A stretch of DNA of 64,000 nt. It comes from Chamaesiphon sp. Lineage in GTDB: Bacteria > Cyanobacteriota > Cyanobacteriia > Cyanobacteriales > Chamaesiphonaceae. Positions 38,527-47,909 of the stretch are shown here, in pieces. A program made the translations under genes and the position numbers. The notes under the pieces are model-generated. The model ran no database searches. It saw only the letters and a list, made by a program, of their open reading frames with translations, and was not told where the DNA came from. The DNA lies in assembly GCA_965246715.1 (NCBI GenBank), contig CBDFFH010000055.1, positions 96,001 to 160,000 on the forward strand, written 5' to 3'. Position 1 is the stretch's first letter. Each line of letters opens with the position of its first letter.

Positions 38527-40107
38527 TTAAGCTTTAGTAGTAGTATCGATAAAAAATAAGCCGATCCCGATCGCCAATAATATCGGTGTCAACCAATCAC
38601 CATAGCTGACGTACATTGTTTGAGTATGTTTGCGATAAATCTGATGGGCGTGAGTAGTAAATTCATTAAGTTTTGAAATCCACTTAGTTTGTCCGTGCGG
38701 ATCGATTACTGCCGAATAACCCGTATTACTAGCACGAACCATCCACCGATCTGTCTCGATTGCCCGCATCAAATCTAGGGCATGGTGTTGAGCTGCCATG
38801 CCCGCACCATAATGTGCGTCGTTAGAAGCAGTAATAATCAGCTCTCCCGATCGAGCCTGCTGGCGAAAATGTTCGGGATAGGCGGAATCATAACAAATCC
38901 CAAACATAATATTCCCTAATGGTGTCGTCACAGTGGGTGCAAATTTCCCAGCCACCAAATGAGCATCTAATGGGGAGATCGTATCGACTAATTTACCTAG
39001 ATACTGCTCGAACGGAATATATTCACCCAACGGTACTAATTTCCACTTATCATAACGACCGATGTTTTTACCATCCCCAGTAATTAACAATATACTATTA
39101 GTAATTCCCCCTTTGACTTCACCGAATCCACCGATAAAAGCAGGTATTTTTTGCTCTAGAATAGTCCGATAAAAAGATGTGTTTTTAATTTGACTTTCAC
39201 GATATGGAAAGGCAGTTTCCGGAGTGATGACGGCATCTACTTTCTGCTGAGCTAGAGTTAGATAACCTTTCGTATAATTGTCGATCGCCAGATCGTATCC
39301 TGACTGATAATGCCTGACTTCATTACCGATATTTCCTTGAATGATGCCGAGTGTCAAGCTAGATTCTGTCGGTTCAAAGGATGAATTAGTCGCAATTGTG
39401 AAACCGATCGCATAAACAATAACGATCGCTCCGAGTGCAGTATTGAGGTAAGGTACTCCTTTCCAAAATCGCTGAATCGGCTTGAGCTGCTGGTGTCGAT
39501 CGAATGCCAGACAGGCCTCCGCAATCAGCCCATTTACGAACACAATTGCGGCACTAACTGTTTCCGGCCCTGACAATCGACTCAGATGCAAAATTGGTAA
39601 ATTGTGTGGACTTTGACTGAGTGCCAATGATGTCCAACATAGATCGGTCAGGCCATATAATTCTTCCAATCCGCACCAACAAGCAGTCCCTAAGATGACA
39701 CGGATGAAAGGATTTAATCTAGATTTAGTCGCAATAAATCGCAGGCAAAACGACCATAAAATAACTAAACTAGTAGCCCATAAAGTCACAAAGCTCAAAC
39801 AGAAAGTAGCAATTCCTAAACTTGCGAGAAAGGGAACTCCCATCCAGGTCATCGGGTGAATGCCGAATAGCCAAGCCAATCCCCAGCCATAACACCCGAT
39901 GCCCCAACATCCAGCATAAAGTACTTTACCAGCAGTCCGATCGCGACATAGTAAATACCATAATGGTGCGATCGCGATCCAAGCTAAATACCATGCCTCC
40001 ACTGGTGCAAATGTTATCCCCATTAAAATCCCACTCCCTAGCGAGACTCCCATTCCCAACAGCTTGCTGATATATTTAGTGAGATATTTACGAATGGCAA
40101 TCGACAT
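38527..40107 (-). CDS. lnt: Apolipoprotein N-acyltransferase
   Basis: IIQGNI, TPETA, YDKWKLVPLGEYIP, GICYDS, RASNTGYSA. Confidence 0.95.
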   Translation of the reverse strand: MSIAIRKYLTKYISKLLGMGVSLGSGILMGITFAPVEAWYLAWIAIAPLWYLLCRDRTAGKVLYAGCWGIGCYGWGLAWLFGIHPMTWMGVPFLASLGIATFCLSFVTLWATSLVILWSFCLRFIATKSRLNPFIRVILGTACWCGLEELYGLTDLCWTSLALSQSPHNLPILHLSRLSGPETVSAAIVFVNGLIAEACLAFDRHQQLKPIQRFWKGVPYLNTALGAIVIVYAIGFTIATNSSFEPTESSLTLGIIQGNIGNEVRHYQSGYDLAIDNYTKGYLTLAQQKVDAVITPETAFPYRESQIKNTSFYRTILEQKIPAFIGGFGEVKGGITNSILLITGDGKNIGRYDKWKLVPLGEYIPFEQYLGKLVDTISPLDAHLVAGKFAPTVTTPLGNIMFGICYDSAYPEHFRQQARSGELIITASNDAHYGAGMAAQHHALDLMRAIETDRWMVRASNTGYSAVIDPHGQTKWISKLNEFTTHAHQIYRKHTQTMYVSYGDWLTPILLAIGIGLFFIDTTTKA

Positions 40108-40213
40108 TAGGAATTATTAATGATGAGGTGGGAGTTTGACAAACCGACTGGTGTGAGAATATGTATTAGCTACAATTAGATGGCGATCGCGATATTGAAT
40201 ATAAACTAGACTA

Positions 40214-40747
40214 CTACCAATCTTCAATTGTTAATACCCAGCGTTCGTGGTCGCGCCACTCGCCATTAATATATAAATAACGCGGAGAAAACCCCTCTTT
40301 AATAAATCCCAGTCGTTTGACTAAGTTAAGCGAAGGAATATTCTCAGATTGAATATTCGCTTCAAGTCGATGTAAATTTAGGGTATTAAAAGCATAATCG
40401 ATCGCCAAGCGAATGCCTGCTGACATCAACCCTTGCCCTACAAAATCTACATTAGCATAATAACCAAGATAAGCATTCTGAAAGTTTTTGTAAAATATCT
40501 GACTGAGATTTGCAACGCCAATAATTTTAGATTGTGCTTGGAGATCGGCTGGATAGTCGATCGCTTGACAAATTAATAAACCTTCATAATCTTCTCGCTG
40601 GCACCGCTGAAGGTAGGCAAGGCAATCTACTTCAGTGAGCGGAGTTCTCACCCACGGAAAATGTAGATCTTGACTCTTGTGGTGTAATGATAATAATTCT
40701 GGCACATCATCGATAACTGGTTTGCGAATAAATACAGAAGACAACAT
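40214..40747 (-). CDS. RimJ/RimL-type GNAT N-acetyltransferase
   Basis: AYLGYY, GQGLMS, LHRLEANIQ, GFIKEG, INGEWRDHERW. Confidence 0.92.
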   Translation of the reverse strand: MLSSVFIRKPVIDDVPELLSLHHKSQDLHFPWVRTPLTEVDCLAYLQRCQREDYEGLLICQAIDYPADLQAQSKIIGVANLSQIFYKNFQNAYLGYYANVDFVGQGLMSAGIRLAIDYAFNTLNLHRLEANIQSENIPSLNLVKRLGFIKEGFSPRYLYINGEWRDHERWVLTIEDW

Positions 40748-40805
40748 CGATCGCGTGCTATTTTAGTTAAATATTGAAATCATCGACAGCGTACGAGCCA
40801 GAAAC

Positions 40806-41264
40806 TCAGTGGTGTGACTGCTCCGACCATTTTTTCCATAATCGATCGGTATTTTCTGGCTGTCTTGGATAGTTGAGTAATTTATCGGAAATAGTTACCC
40901 ACGGTTGAGCGCTCTGCGTCCAGATATTACCTACTGGCTGCAACCAATTTGGATCGTCTAAGGTTCCAGCTTTGATATTGATAGTTTCGCGATTGTGAGA
41001 TCGATCGTGAAATAATCTCGCCCCACAATTAGGACAAAACAAACAGGTAACCGTGCGGTTGCGATCGGCTTTACGAGTCCAACTTTTGGGTTCGCCACAA
41101 ATGATGGCGATCGAATCTCGTGGTACTGTTAGCGATAAACCAAAAGCACTACCAGATTGGTGCTGGCATTCTCGACAATGACATGCATAAAAAGTCAATG
41201 GTTCGCCATGAAGTTCGTACCGAATTTCGCCGCACTCACAACCACCAGTATATGTAGTACTCAT
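40806..41264 (-). CDS. GFA (glutathione-dependent formaldehyde-activating) family protein
   Basis: GGCECG, CHCRECQ, FCPNCG Zn ligands. Confidence 0.93.
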   Translation of the reverse strand: MSTTYTGGCECGEIRYELHGEPLTFYACHCRECQHQSGSAFGLSLTVPRDSIAIICGEPKSWTRKADRNRTVTCLFCPNCGARLFHDRSHNRETINIKAGTLDDPNWLQPVGNIWTQSAQPWVTISDKLLNYPRQPENTDRLWKKWSEQSHH

Positions 41265-41516
41265 CGCTATTTCTACGCTAATTACAGCAGGTTAAACGCA
41301 TCAAAACTTGATATGAGGCGATCGAATTCAATAATACATACAACTTAAGCAGTATTTATGAACTAAATACATTTACGACGAATTCAATTAGAACTGATGT
41401 ATAGTATAAGGCAATATTTATTTAATTTAATGCAATATAAAGTAGTCGATCGAAGGAATAACTTAAATCGTCGATATATTATAGAAGTAATTTGATTTCA
41501 ACCAATAGTTCGTAAA

Positions 41517-42653
41517 TTATAAAATACCTTCTAAAATTTCAGCCAAGTATTTGTCATCTATACCTGCTAGAAATCTCTTGCTTTTCACACTTAATTTCCG
41601 ACTTTTATTTTGACTAATTAAGTTAATAGCTATGTGCCGTAATACTGCAAAATTAGCTGGCGCATTATCTTTCCTAATTCGACTATAATCTTCTCTTAAA
41701 GAAACATCAAGTACCCAATGAAGTGAATTTTCTATCCCCCAATGACCTCTAATTGCTCCGGCGACTCTCTTGGCATTATTAGCTAAACTACTAATAAAAT
41801 AACGAGTCTCTACGGTGGTTTTATCCCCAATAGTTCTTACTGATTCAACCATCGCAATACTAGTCAATTTCATCCAGTTATGGGATGAATCTATTCGATC
41901 GGCAACATCTGATATCATTAAATAATTACGGATTTCTTCCCTACCCCCATTAATCTCCTTAGTCCTGAAATCACTCAGATTGAAACCTGCGCCACCAGTT
42001 GCAATAGCCTGTTTAAATAGCCTTTCTACTTGGTCGTATAAACTTGGTTGATTCTTTTTCACAGCAATTACATAATCTGCATCTTTTTCAACAATTTTTT
42101 TTACTATTTCTCTTTGACATCCCATTGCATCAATGGTAACTATACATCCGGCTAAATCTAGAACTTTAATTAATTCAGGAAGTGCTGTGATTTCATTAGA
42201 TTTGCCCTCAACCATTTTCTGTCCTAATACTAATCTATTAGTTACAGCCCATGCACTAACAGTATTTAGTACACCTTGTCCATTAGTATTATCTCCTGAA
42301 TTTCGAGATTGTTTGCCGTCAAGTGCAATTATTTCTCCTGCTGTTATTTTAGATATTCCTTTAACCCAACTCAGGAAACTTTTTTGAAATTCTTCAGGAT
42401 TAATTCGTGAAAATACCCTTCCAAATGTATCATGTGATGGAATACCATGCGGCAACTCTAAAAATTTACCTAGCCATTCCTTCTTCGCCAAACCATAAAT
42501 TTCTATATCTATCCATGTATCAGCTCCAGATACTACAGCACAAATGGTAATGGTGATGATATCAATTAATTTATGCTTTTTCCCGCGCTCTGTCCTGTAG
42601 TCTTCTACACTCTCGAAGTGTTCTATAATACTATATTTTGGCTTCAGCTTCAT
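41517..42653 (-). CDS. ISAs1-family transposase
   Basis: PSHDTFGRVF, IALDGKQ, KSNEITA, VTIDAMGCQ, RGHWGIENSLHWVLDV; ATG 42653. Confidence 0.95.
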   Translation of the reverse strand: MKLKPKYSIIEHFESVEDYRTERGKKHKLIDIITITICAVVSGADTWIDIEIYGLAKKEWLGKFLELPHGIPSHDTFGRVFSRINPEEFQKSFLSWVKGISKITAGEIIALDGKQSRNSGDNTNGQGVLNTVSAWAVTNRLVLGQKMVEGKSNEITALPELIKVLDLAGCIVTIDAMGCQREIVKKIVEKDADYVIAVKKNQPSLYDQVERLFKQAIATGGAGFNLSDFRTKEINGGREEIRNYLMISDVADRIDSSHNWMKLTSIAMVESVRTIGDKTTVETRYFISSLANNAKRVAGAIRGHWGIENSLHWVLDVSLREDYSRIRKDNAPANFAVLRHIAINLISQNKSRKLSVKSKRFLAGIDDKYLAEILEGIL

Positions 42654-42742
42654 TTTAGTTAAATTAAATTTGTTAAATTCTAACATAGTTAATTAGCTCT
42701 AACTATTACCTAGCAGTACAGGGTGAACGCACTTAAATTTCC

Positions 42743-44157
42743 GGCTCTACCGAACTTGCTATGCTAAGTAGTGGATAAGAATCAAGTTTAATTGACAAAA
42801 TTGATAATTTTGAGTTATGGAAGCTTGGTGCAGCATAAATGACAGATTTTATTATAGAATAGTAAGATCTTGATTTCTGGCAACAAATAAGCTTGAATTG
42901 CATTATGTCATCCAAATCGCAACTAAAAACCATTAATGAAATTCTTAATATCGACGGAATGACCGTCACTGCTTATAAGATCTTAGATGAAATCGGTTAT
43001 TTTATTTATCTAGAAAATCAGCAATTAAAAGCAGTGTGTCCTCATTGTGGAACTGAAAGTAATAAACTTCATGAGAATCACCAATTAACAGTGAGAGATC
43101 TACCATTCGGTGAACATGATGTTTACCTTAAAATTAATCGTCGTCAATTCAAGTGTATGAGTTGTGGTCGAAAATTCAGTGAGGAATTAAATTTCATCAA
43201 AAAGAGAAGTCATTTCACCGAGCGAATGAAGCAGAAGATTGTCGAAGAGAGTCTAGCTAGTGATATTAAAAGTGTTGCCAAAAGAAATGGATTAAGTGAG
43301 CAAGAAGTGGAGACAATAATCAAAAAAGCTGGGGTAAATCTAGTGCAAAAAAAGCCAGAGAATTTAACCAGACTAGGAATTGATGAAATTGCCTTTGTTA
43401 AAGGGCAAAAAAACTATTGTGCGGTGTTAGTAGATCTAGAAAAAAGAGAGTTAATAGCCATCTTACCAAAAAGGACTCAAGAATGTATTGGTGAGTGCTT
43501 GAAGTCTTGGGGTTCGGAGGTTTTGAACCAAATTACAGAAGTAAGTATCGATCTATTTTCATCATACAAAAGTCTGGTAAATGAATTGATACCAAATGCT
43601 GAAGTGGTTGGAGACAGATTTCATGTAATGAAACAGATAAATGAAGAGTTAGATCGAGAGAGAATTAAAATCAAAAGAGAGGCTGAGAGGGTGAAGAACA
43701 AAGATGAAAAGAACAAGAAATTAGCAGCATTAACTCACAGTAAATATGCAATACTCAAAAACGAAGCGGATTTGAATGAATTGCAAAAAGAGAAGTTGAA
43801 AGAGATTGGAGACGTTTTTCCAGAATTAGCAGCAATGCACAAAACAAAAGAGTTATTTAGAGATATATTTGAATCAAAAACAGATTGGGGAAATGGGCTA
43901 ATAAGCTTGTGTGACTGGCTCAAGAATGCTTGTGGGAAATTCCCCAAGAGTTGTGGAACTATTAAAAGATGGATTGGTGAAATAATTGCCTATTTTGATA
44001 ATAGAACAACTCAAGGAGTCGTCGAAGGAATTAACAATAAACTCAAGCTAATAAAAAGAATGGGATATGGGTTTAGAAATTTTGAGAATTTTCAGATCAG
44101 AAGTTTGCTAGCATGGCATTTCAATCCTTGATTTAGCATAGTAAGTTCGGTAGAACC
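42743..44157 (+). mobile_element. ISL3-family element nested in the second ISAs1
   Basis: TIR GGCTCTACCGAACTTGCTATGCTAA / TTAGCATAGTAAGTTCGGTAGAACC; 8-bp TSD AAATTTCC at 42735-42742 and 44158-44165. Confidence 0.94.
42905..44131 (+). CDS. ISL3-family transposase
   Basis: CPHCG..CMSC Zn finger, LGIDE, VSID, DRFHV, EGINNKLKLIKRMGYGFRNF. Confidence 0.95.
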   Translation: MSSKSQLKTINEILNIDGMTVTAYKILDEIGYFIYLENQQLKAVCPHCGTESNKLHENHQLTVRDLPFGEHDVYLKINRRQFKCMSCGRKFSEELNFIKKRSHFTERMKQKIVEESLASDIKSVAKRNGLSEQEVETIIKKAGVNLVQKKPENLTRLGIDEIAFVKGQKNYCAVLVDLEKRELIAILPKRTQECIGECLKSWGSEVLNQITEVSIDLFSSYKSLVNELIPNAEVVGDRFHVMKQINEELDRERIKIKREAERVKNKDEKNKKLAALTHSKYAILKNEADLNELQKEKLKEIGDVFPELAAMHKTKELFRDIFESKTDWGNGLISLCDWLKNACGKFPKSCGTIKRWIGEIIAYFDNRTTQGVVEGINNKLKLIKRMGYGFRNFENFQIRSLLAWHFNP

Positions 44158-44288
44158 AAATTTCCTACTATTTAAAATCCTCGCAAATCAGTTGCAGATT
44201 TGAATTACGAAAAGTATGAAAGCTTTAATGGTAAACAAGTATAGCCAGTTAATTATGTTATATTTATTGGAAATTCAGATCGCGTCAA

Positions 44289-45428
44289 ATGAAGCTAAAG
44301 CCAAGGCATAGTATCGCAGAACACTTTGGTGACATAAAAGACATTAGAATTGAACGGGGGAAAAAACACAAACTAATCGATATTATCACGATCTCGATTT
44401 GTGCAGTAGTATGTGGAGCAGATGGATGGGAAGACATAGAGCTGTATGGCATCACCAGAAAAAAATGGCTGGAGGAATTTCTAGAATTACCGAATGGGAT
44501 ACCATCTCACGATACATTTGCACGGGTATTTTCACAAATTAATCCTGAAGAATTCAATAAATCTTTCCTGCATTGGATTAAAGGAATAAGTAAAATAACA
44601 GCAGGAGAGATAATCGCATTTGATGGAAAACAATCTCGAAATTCAAGAGACGAAAAAAATGGTAAAGGAGTAATTAATACGGTCAGTGCTTGGGCAGCAA
44701 GTAATAGATTAGTATTAGGACAAACAAAAGTCGAGAGTAAATCAAATGAAATTACTGCATTGCCTGAGTTGATTAATGCCTTAGATCTAGCTGGATGTAT
44801 AGTGACAATTGATGCAATGGGATGTCAGCGAGAAATAGTCAAGAAAATTGTCAAAAAAGAAGCAGATTATGTAATTGCTGTCAAAAAGAATCAACCAAGT
44901 TTATATGAAAGGGTAGAACAGCTATTCAAACAGGCGATTAAAACTCGTGGTGAAAGTCTGAAAACGCATAGCTTCAGCAGTAGAGAGATGAATAGAGGTA
45001 GAGAGGAAACTCGTAATTACCTAATGATATCAGACATTGCAACATCAATAGATCCATTGCTAAAATGGCAAAATCTGACTAGTATTTGCATGGTAGAATC
45101 AGTTCGAGTTGTCAATGAAAAAACCAGCGTAGAAGCTCGTTATTTCATCAGTAGCTTAGAAGATAATGTTGAAAAACTAGCAGAAGCAATCAGAGGTCAT
45201 TGGTCGATAGAAAATTCACTCCATTGGGTACTTGATGTTATTTTCAAAGAAGACATTAGTCGAATTAGAAAAGATAATGCTCCAGCTAATTTTGCTGTTT
45301 TAAGACATATAGCAGTTAATATAATGAGTCAGAACAAGAGTCGAAAACTAAGTGTTAGGAAGAAGCGATTTCTTGCGAGCCTTGATGAAGAATATTCGCG
45401 CGAACTTCTAGAGGCTATTTTAGCCTAA
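44289..45428 (+). CDS. ISAs1-family transposase
   Basis: Same motifs as 41517-42653; closely related paralogue. Confidence 0.95.
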   Translation: MKLKPRHSIAEHFGDIKDIRIERGKKHKLIDIITISICAVVCGADGWEDIELYGITRKKWLEEFLELPNGIPSHDTFARVFSQINPEEFNKSFLHWIKGISKITAGEIIAFDGKQSRNSRDEKNGKGVINTVSAWAASNRLVLGQTKVESKSNEITALPELINALDLAGCIVTIDAMGCQREIVKKIVKKEADYVIAVKKNQPSLYERVEQLFKQAIKTRGESLKTHSFSSREMNRGREETRNYLMISDIATSIDPLLKWQNLTSICMVESVRVVNEKTSVEARYFISSLEDNVEKLAEAIRGHWSIENSLHWVLDVIFKEDISRIRKDNAPANFAVLRHIAVNIMSQNKSRKLSVRKKRFLASLDEEYSRELLEAILA

Positions 45429-45823
45429 ATTTAACTAACCCCAGAGTATGAATTTGGCTAAATATCTTTAGCCGCACTTTTGCCGGACTAAATTGAGTTA
45501 ATTTAACCTCGTCTTTGGTTTCGATTTTATTGATATTGTCGTAATTGTAGTTAAGCAATCGAATATCATTAATCGCCTATTTTAGTGGCTCTCGATCGAA
45601 ATAAATCCTGTTTTGATGCGTTCACCCTGCCTAGCAGTAATTACAAGATTTCTAGATGCTATTTATTCATTCGATCGTCAAAGTTTTTAGTAATAACAAA
45701 TTTAAGTGCGTTTAACCTGCTAATTACAGTCGCTCGACTTTTGCCGCACTACCTTCAAAATAGCGCGATCGCCAAATTTTATAAAGCGGTGGGTGCCAGC
45801 AGCATAGATAAAGCGTATTCAAT

Positions 45824-46062
45824 CTCAAGAATGCTTACTTGGAATTCCCCAAGAGTTGTGGAACCATTAAAAGATCGATAGGTGAAATAATTGCCTATTT
45901 TGACAATAGAACAACTCAAGGAGTAGTCGAAGGAATTAACAACAAACTCAAGCTAATAAAAAGAATGGCATATGGGTTTAGAAATTTTGAGAATTTTCAG
46001 ATCGGAAGTTTGCTAGCATGGCATTTCAATCCTTGACTTAGCATAGTAAGTTCGGTAGAACC
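45824..46062 (+). mobile_element. Truncated ISL3 remnant (3' transposase fragment plus right TIR)
   Basis: Near-identical to 43919-44157, ending TTAGCATAGTAAGTTCGGTAGAACC; no left end found. Confidence 0.9.
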
Positions 46063-46116
46063 GGATTCGTCTTGTTTGTTTATTTAGTAAGTCAAAAATT
46101 TATAAATATTAATTAT

Positions 46117-46692
46117 TTAAGTTTGACAATCGGGTAATTTTTGGCCTAGCTCGGCTAAATTGAGGACGCGACCGCCAGTAACTAAATAAACGACATCCGC
46201 ACTCGTCCCAATCTGACGAGATAACATTCCCAACCTGTCGCGAAATAATCGCCCGCTAGGGTAAGCTGGCACTACACCCCAGCCAGTTTCCTCAGCAACT
46301 AGCACGATCGTTGCTAGACTGGTTTTCAACTGCGTCAATAACTCTCTACTCAACTCCAGCCACTCATCATCGGATCGATCGAGTAAATTTGCCACCCAGG
46401 TACCGAGCGAATCTACCAATAAGCATTCTAAATCGCTAGCTCGATCGATAGTTGCCGCCAGATCTGCTACAGTCATGACTGTTTGCCAGGTTGCTGGGCG
46501 ACGCTGTTGATGGCGCAGGATTCGGGTTTGCCATTCCAGATCGGTTCGATCTACAGTGGCGGTAGCGATATAAGTAACAGCTTTGGCACTTTGGCTGGCG
46601 AGGTGTTCTGCCCATTCACTCTTGCCACTGCGAGCAGCACCTGTTACGAGAATCAGTTGTCGTTGTGACGATCGAGTGATGCTGTTATGCAT
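46117..46692 (-). CDS. cobU: Adenosylcobinamide kinase/adenosylcobinamide-phosphate guanylyltransferase
   Basis: VTGAARSGKSEWAE, YIATA, RILRHQQRRP, EETGWGVVP..GRLFRD; start likely ATG 46692. Confidence 0.94.
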   Translation of the reverse strand: MHNSITRSSQRQLILVTGAARSGKSEWAEHLASQSAKAVTYIATATVDRTDLEWQTRILRHQQRRPATWQTVMTVADLAATIDRASDLECLLVDSLGTWVANLLDRSDDEWLELSRELLTQLKTSLATIVLVAEETGWGVVPAYPSGRLFRDRLGMLSRQIGTSADVVYLVTGGRVLNLAELGQKLPDCQT

Positions 46693-46772
46693 TAAAATCT
46701 GACTGCCTGAAATTCTTTTCAATTTAGCATTTAGACAGGTTACTAGCTACTAGTTACTAAATACCGATCGAT

Positions 46773-47297
46773 ATGTCAATATCCACCGATCTCGATTCAG
46801 ACGCTATCCGAATGGTTGCGTCAGTGCAAGTACCGAAGTTTAGTGGTCTGCGCCAAGATGCTAACCCAATTTTGGCAACGCACATGCTGCAAGAAATGTA
46901 CCGCATGGTAACGGCATGGCAACAAGAACTGCAACAGATCGAACGAGAAACGATCGACATTTCTAGCAGTGGCCCGATTTTAGCGGCTTGGCTAGAATCT
47001 CGCAGTTTTAAGCCTAGCGAGAAGACCGGGAAACCCATTCCTACACCCTATGTTACCGTCGATGTTAATGGTTTGACTGAAATCGATCCGCAGGCTGGAT
47101 ATCGCTTGTGTGGATTGGATGAATACGGAGAACTGTGGAATCGCCCTTGTGCGATGGCCGAGATTTTGAGCGTGAGTCAGGCAATTGCGCGGTATCAACA
47201 GATTAAAGATTTAACCGATCGTAAACAAAAAATCGAGCTACACATTCGCCAAATTCTGGAAGATCTGGTGCATCTACGGATGAAGTTAGAAGATTAA
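46773..47297 (+). CDS. Cyanobacterial hypothetical protein
   Basis: 174-aa ORF with GPILAAWLES and GYRLCGLDEYG..W.RPC..AIARYQ blocks. Confidence 0.75.
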   Translation: MSISTDLDSDAIRMVASVQVPKFSGLRQDANPILATHMLQEMYRMVTAWQQELQQIERETIDISSSGPILAAWLESRSFKPSEKTGKPIPTPYVTVDVNGLTEIDPQAGYRLCGLDEYGELWNRPCAMAEILSVSQAIARYQQIKDLTDRKQKIELHIRQILEDLVHLRMKLED

Positions 47298-47458
47298 GCA
47301 ATTATCGCTCGACAAAATATTTTCAAATTTCGATCGAGATAGTAAAAAAGTATTAAAATACACAACTGACTGGTAAATATAATGGCAAGAATTTTAATTA
47401 TACGAAAAGGTTCCCGCAAAAAGATTGTATTGAAACATCAAAATACTTTCGAGCGAGT

Positions 47459-47656
47459 CTCTTAGTCATAAGTCAAAGTCGCACAGGCTTAAATATGTTG
47501 TTTAAAGATACCTACACAGGAATGGAGATGAATCGTTTAGAGTTTTCAAGACAAATTGCCATAGGAAATTATCCAGAATATTATAAGAAGAGGTTAAATG
47601 GCCTTTTGATTCCTGTGTCAAAGCCTGATAAATCAAGGAGTAATAACCTAGGCTAG
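47459..47656 (+). other. DUF3892-like small ORF or remnant (ATG 47495 gives 53 aa; similarity appears to extend upstream)
   Basis: LLVISQSRTGLNMLFKDTYTGMEMNRLEFSRQIAIGNYPEYYKKRLNGLLIPVSKPDKSRSNNLG*; PDxxxxNNL C-terminal motif; AT-rich. Confidence 0.55.
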
Positions 47657-47909
47657 CAAAAATTTTAAATGATACTTAAGCCAAAATAGAGTAATTAATA
47701 ATTAGTTGCCTACTCGATTTTGTCTGAACACATCAATATATCGGTAGCTCGATGCTAATGTTACGGTCTTAGCAAATTATGAAGTTATTGCCGATTTTGT
47801 TCGATCGCTAAATTATTCCTCAATTGAACAATGTGAAATTAAGCTTGGAGATCGGCGATCGCACCACCATCGCGTAAAATCTAACTAATCATTCCCTAGC
47901 ATTCCGACT

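Larger units (their letters stand above)
42719..45629 (+). mobile_element. Second ISAs1-family element nested in the outer ISAs1 upstream of its transposase
   Basis: TIR CAGGGTGAACGCA / TGCGTTCACCCTG; 10-bp TSD CCTAGCAGTA at 42709-42718 and 45630-45639. Confidence 0.93.
41288..45719 (-). mobile_element. Outer ISAs1-family element (carries two nested IS)
   Basis: TIR CAGGTTAAACGCA (41288) / TGCGTTTAACCTG (45707-45719); 10-bp TSD CTAATTACAG at 41278-41287 and 45720-45729. Confidence 0.93.

Noticed and set aside
47740..47770. NtcA-like sequence upstream of ureC
   Set aside because: GTA-N8-CTA does not fit the consensus; a dispersed ureC without ureAB is common in cyanobacteria.
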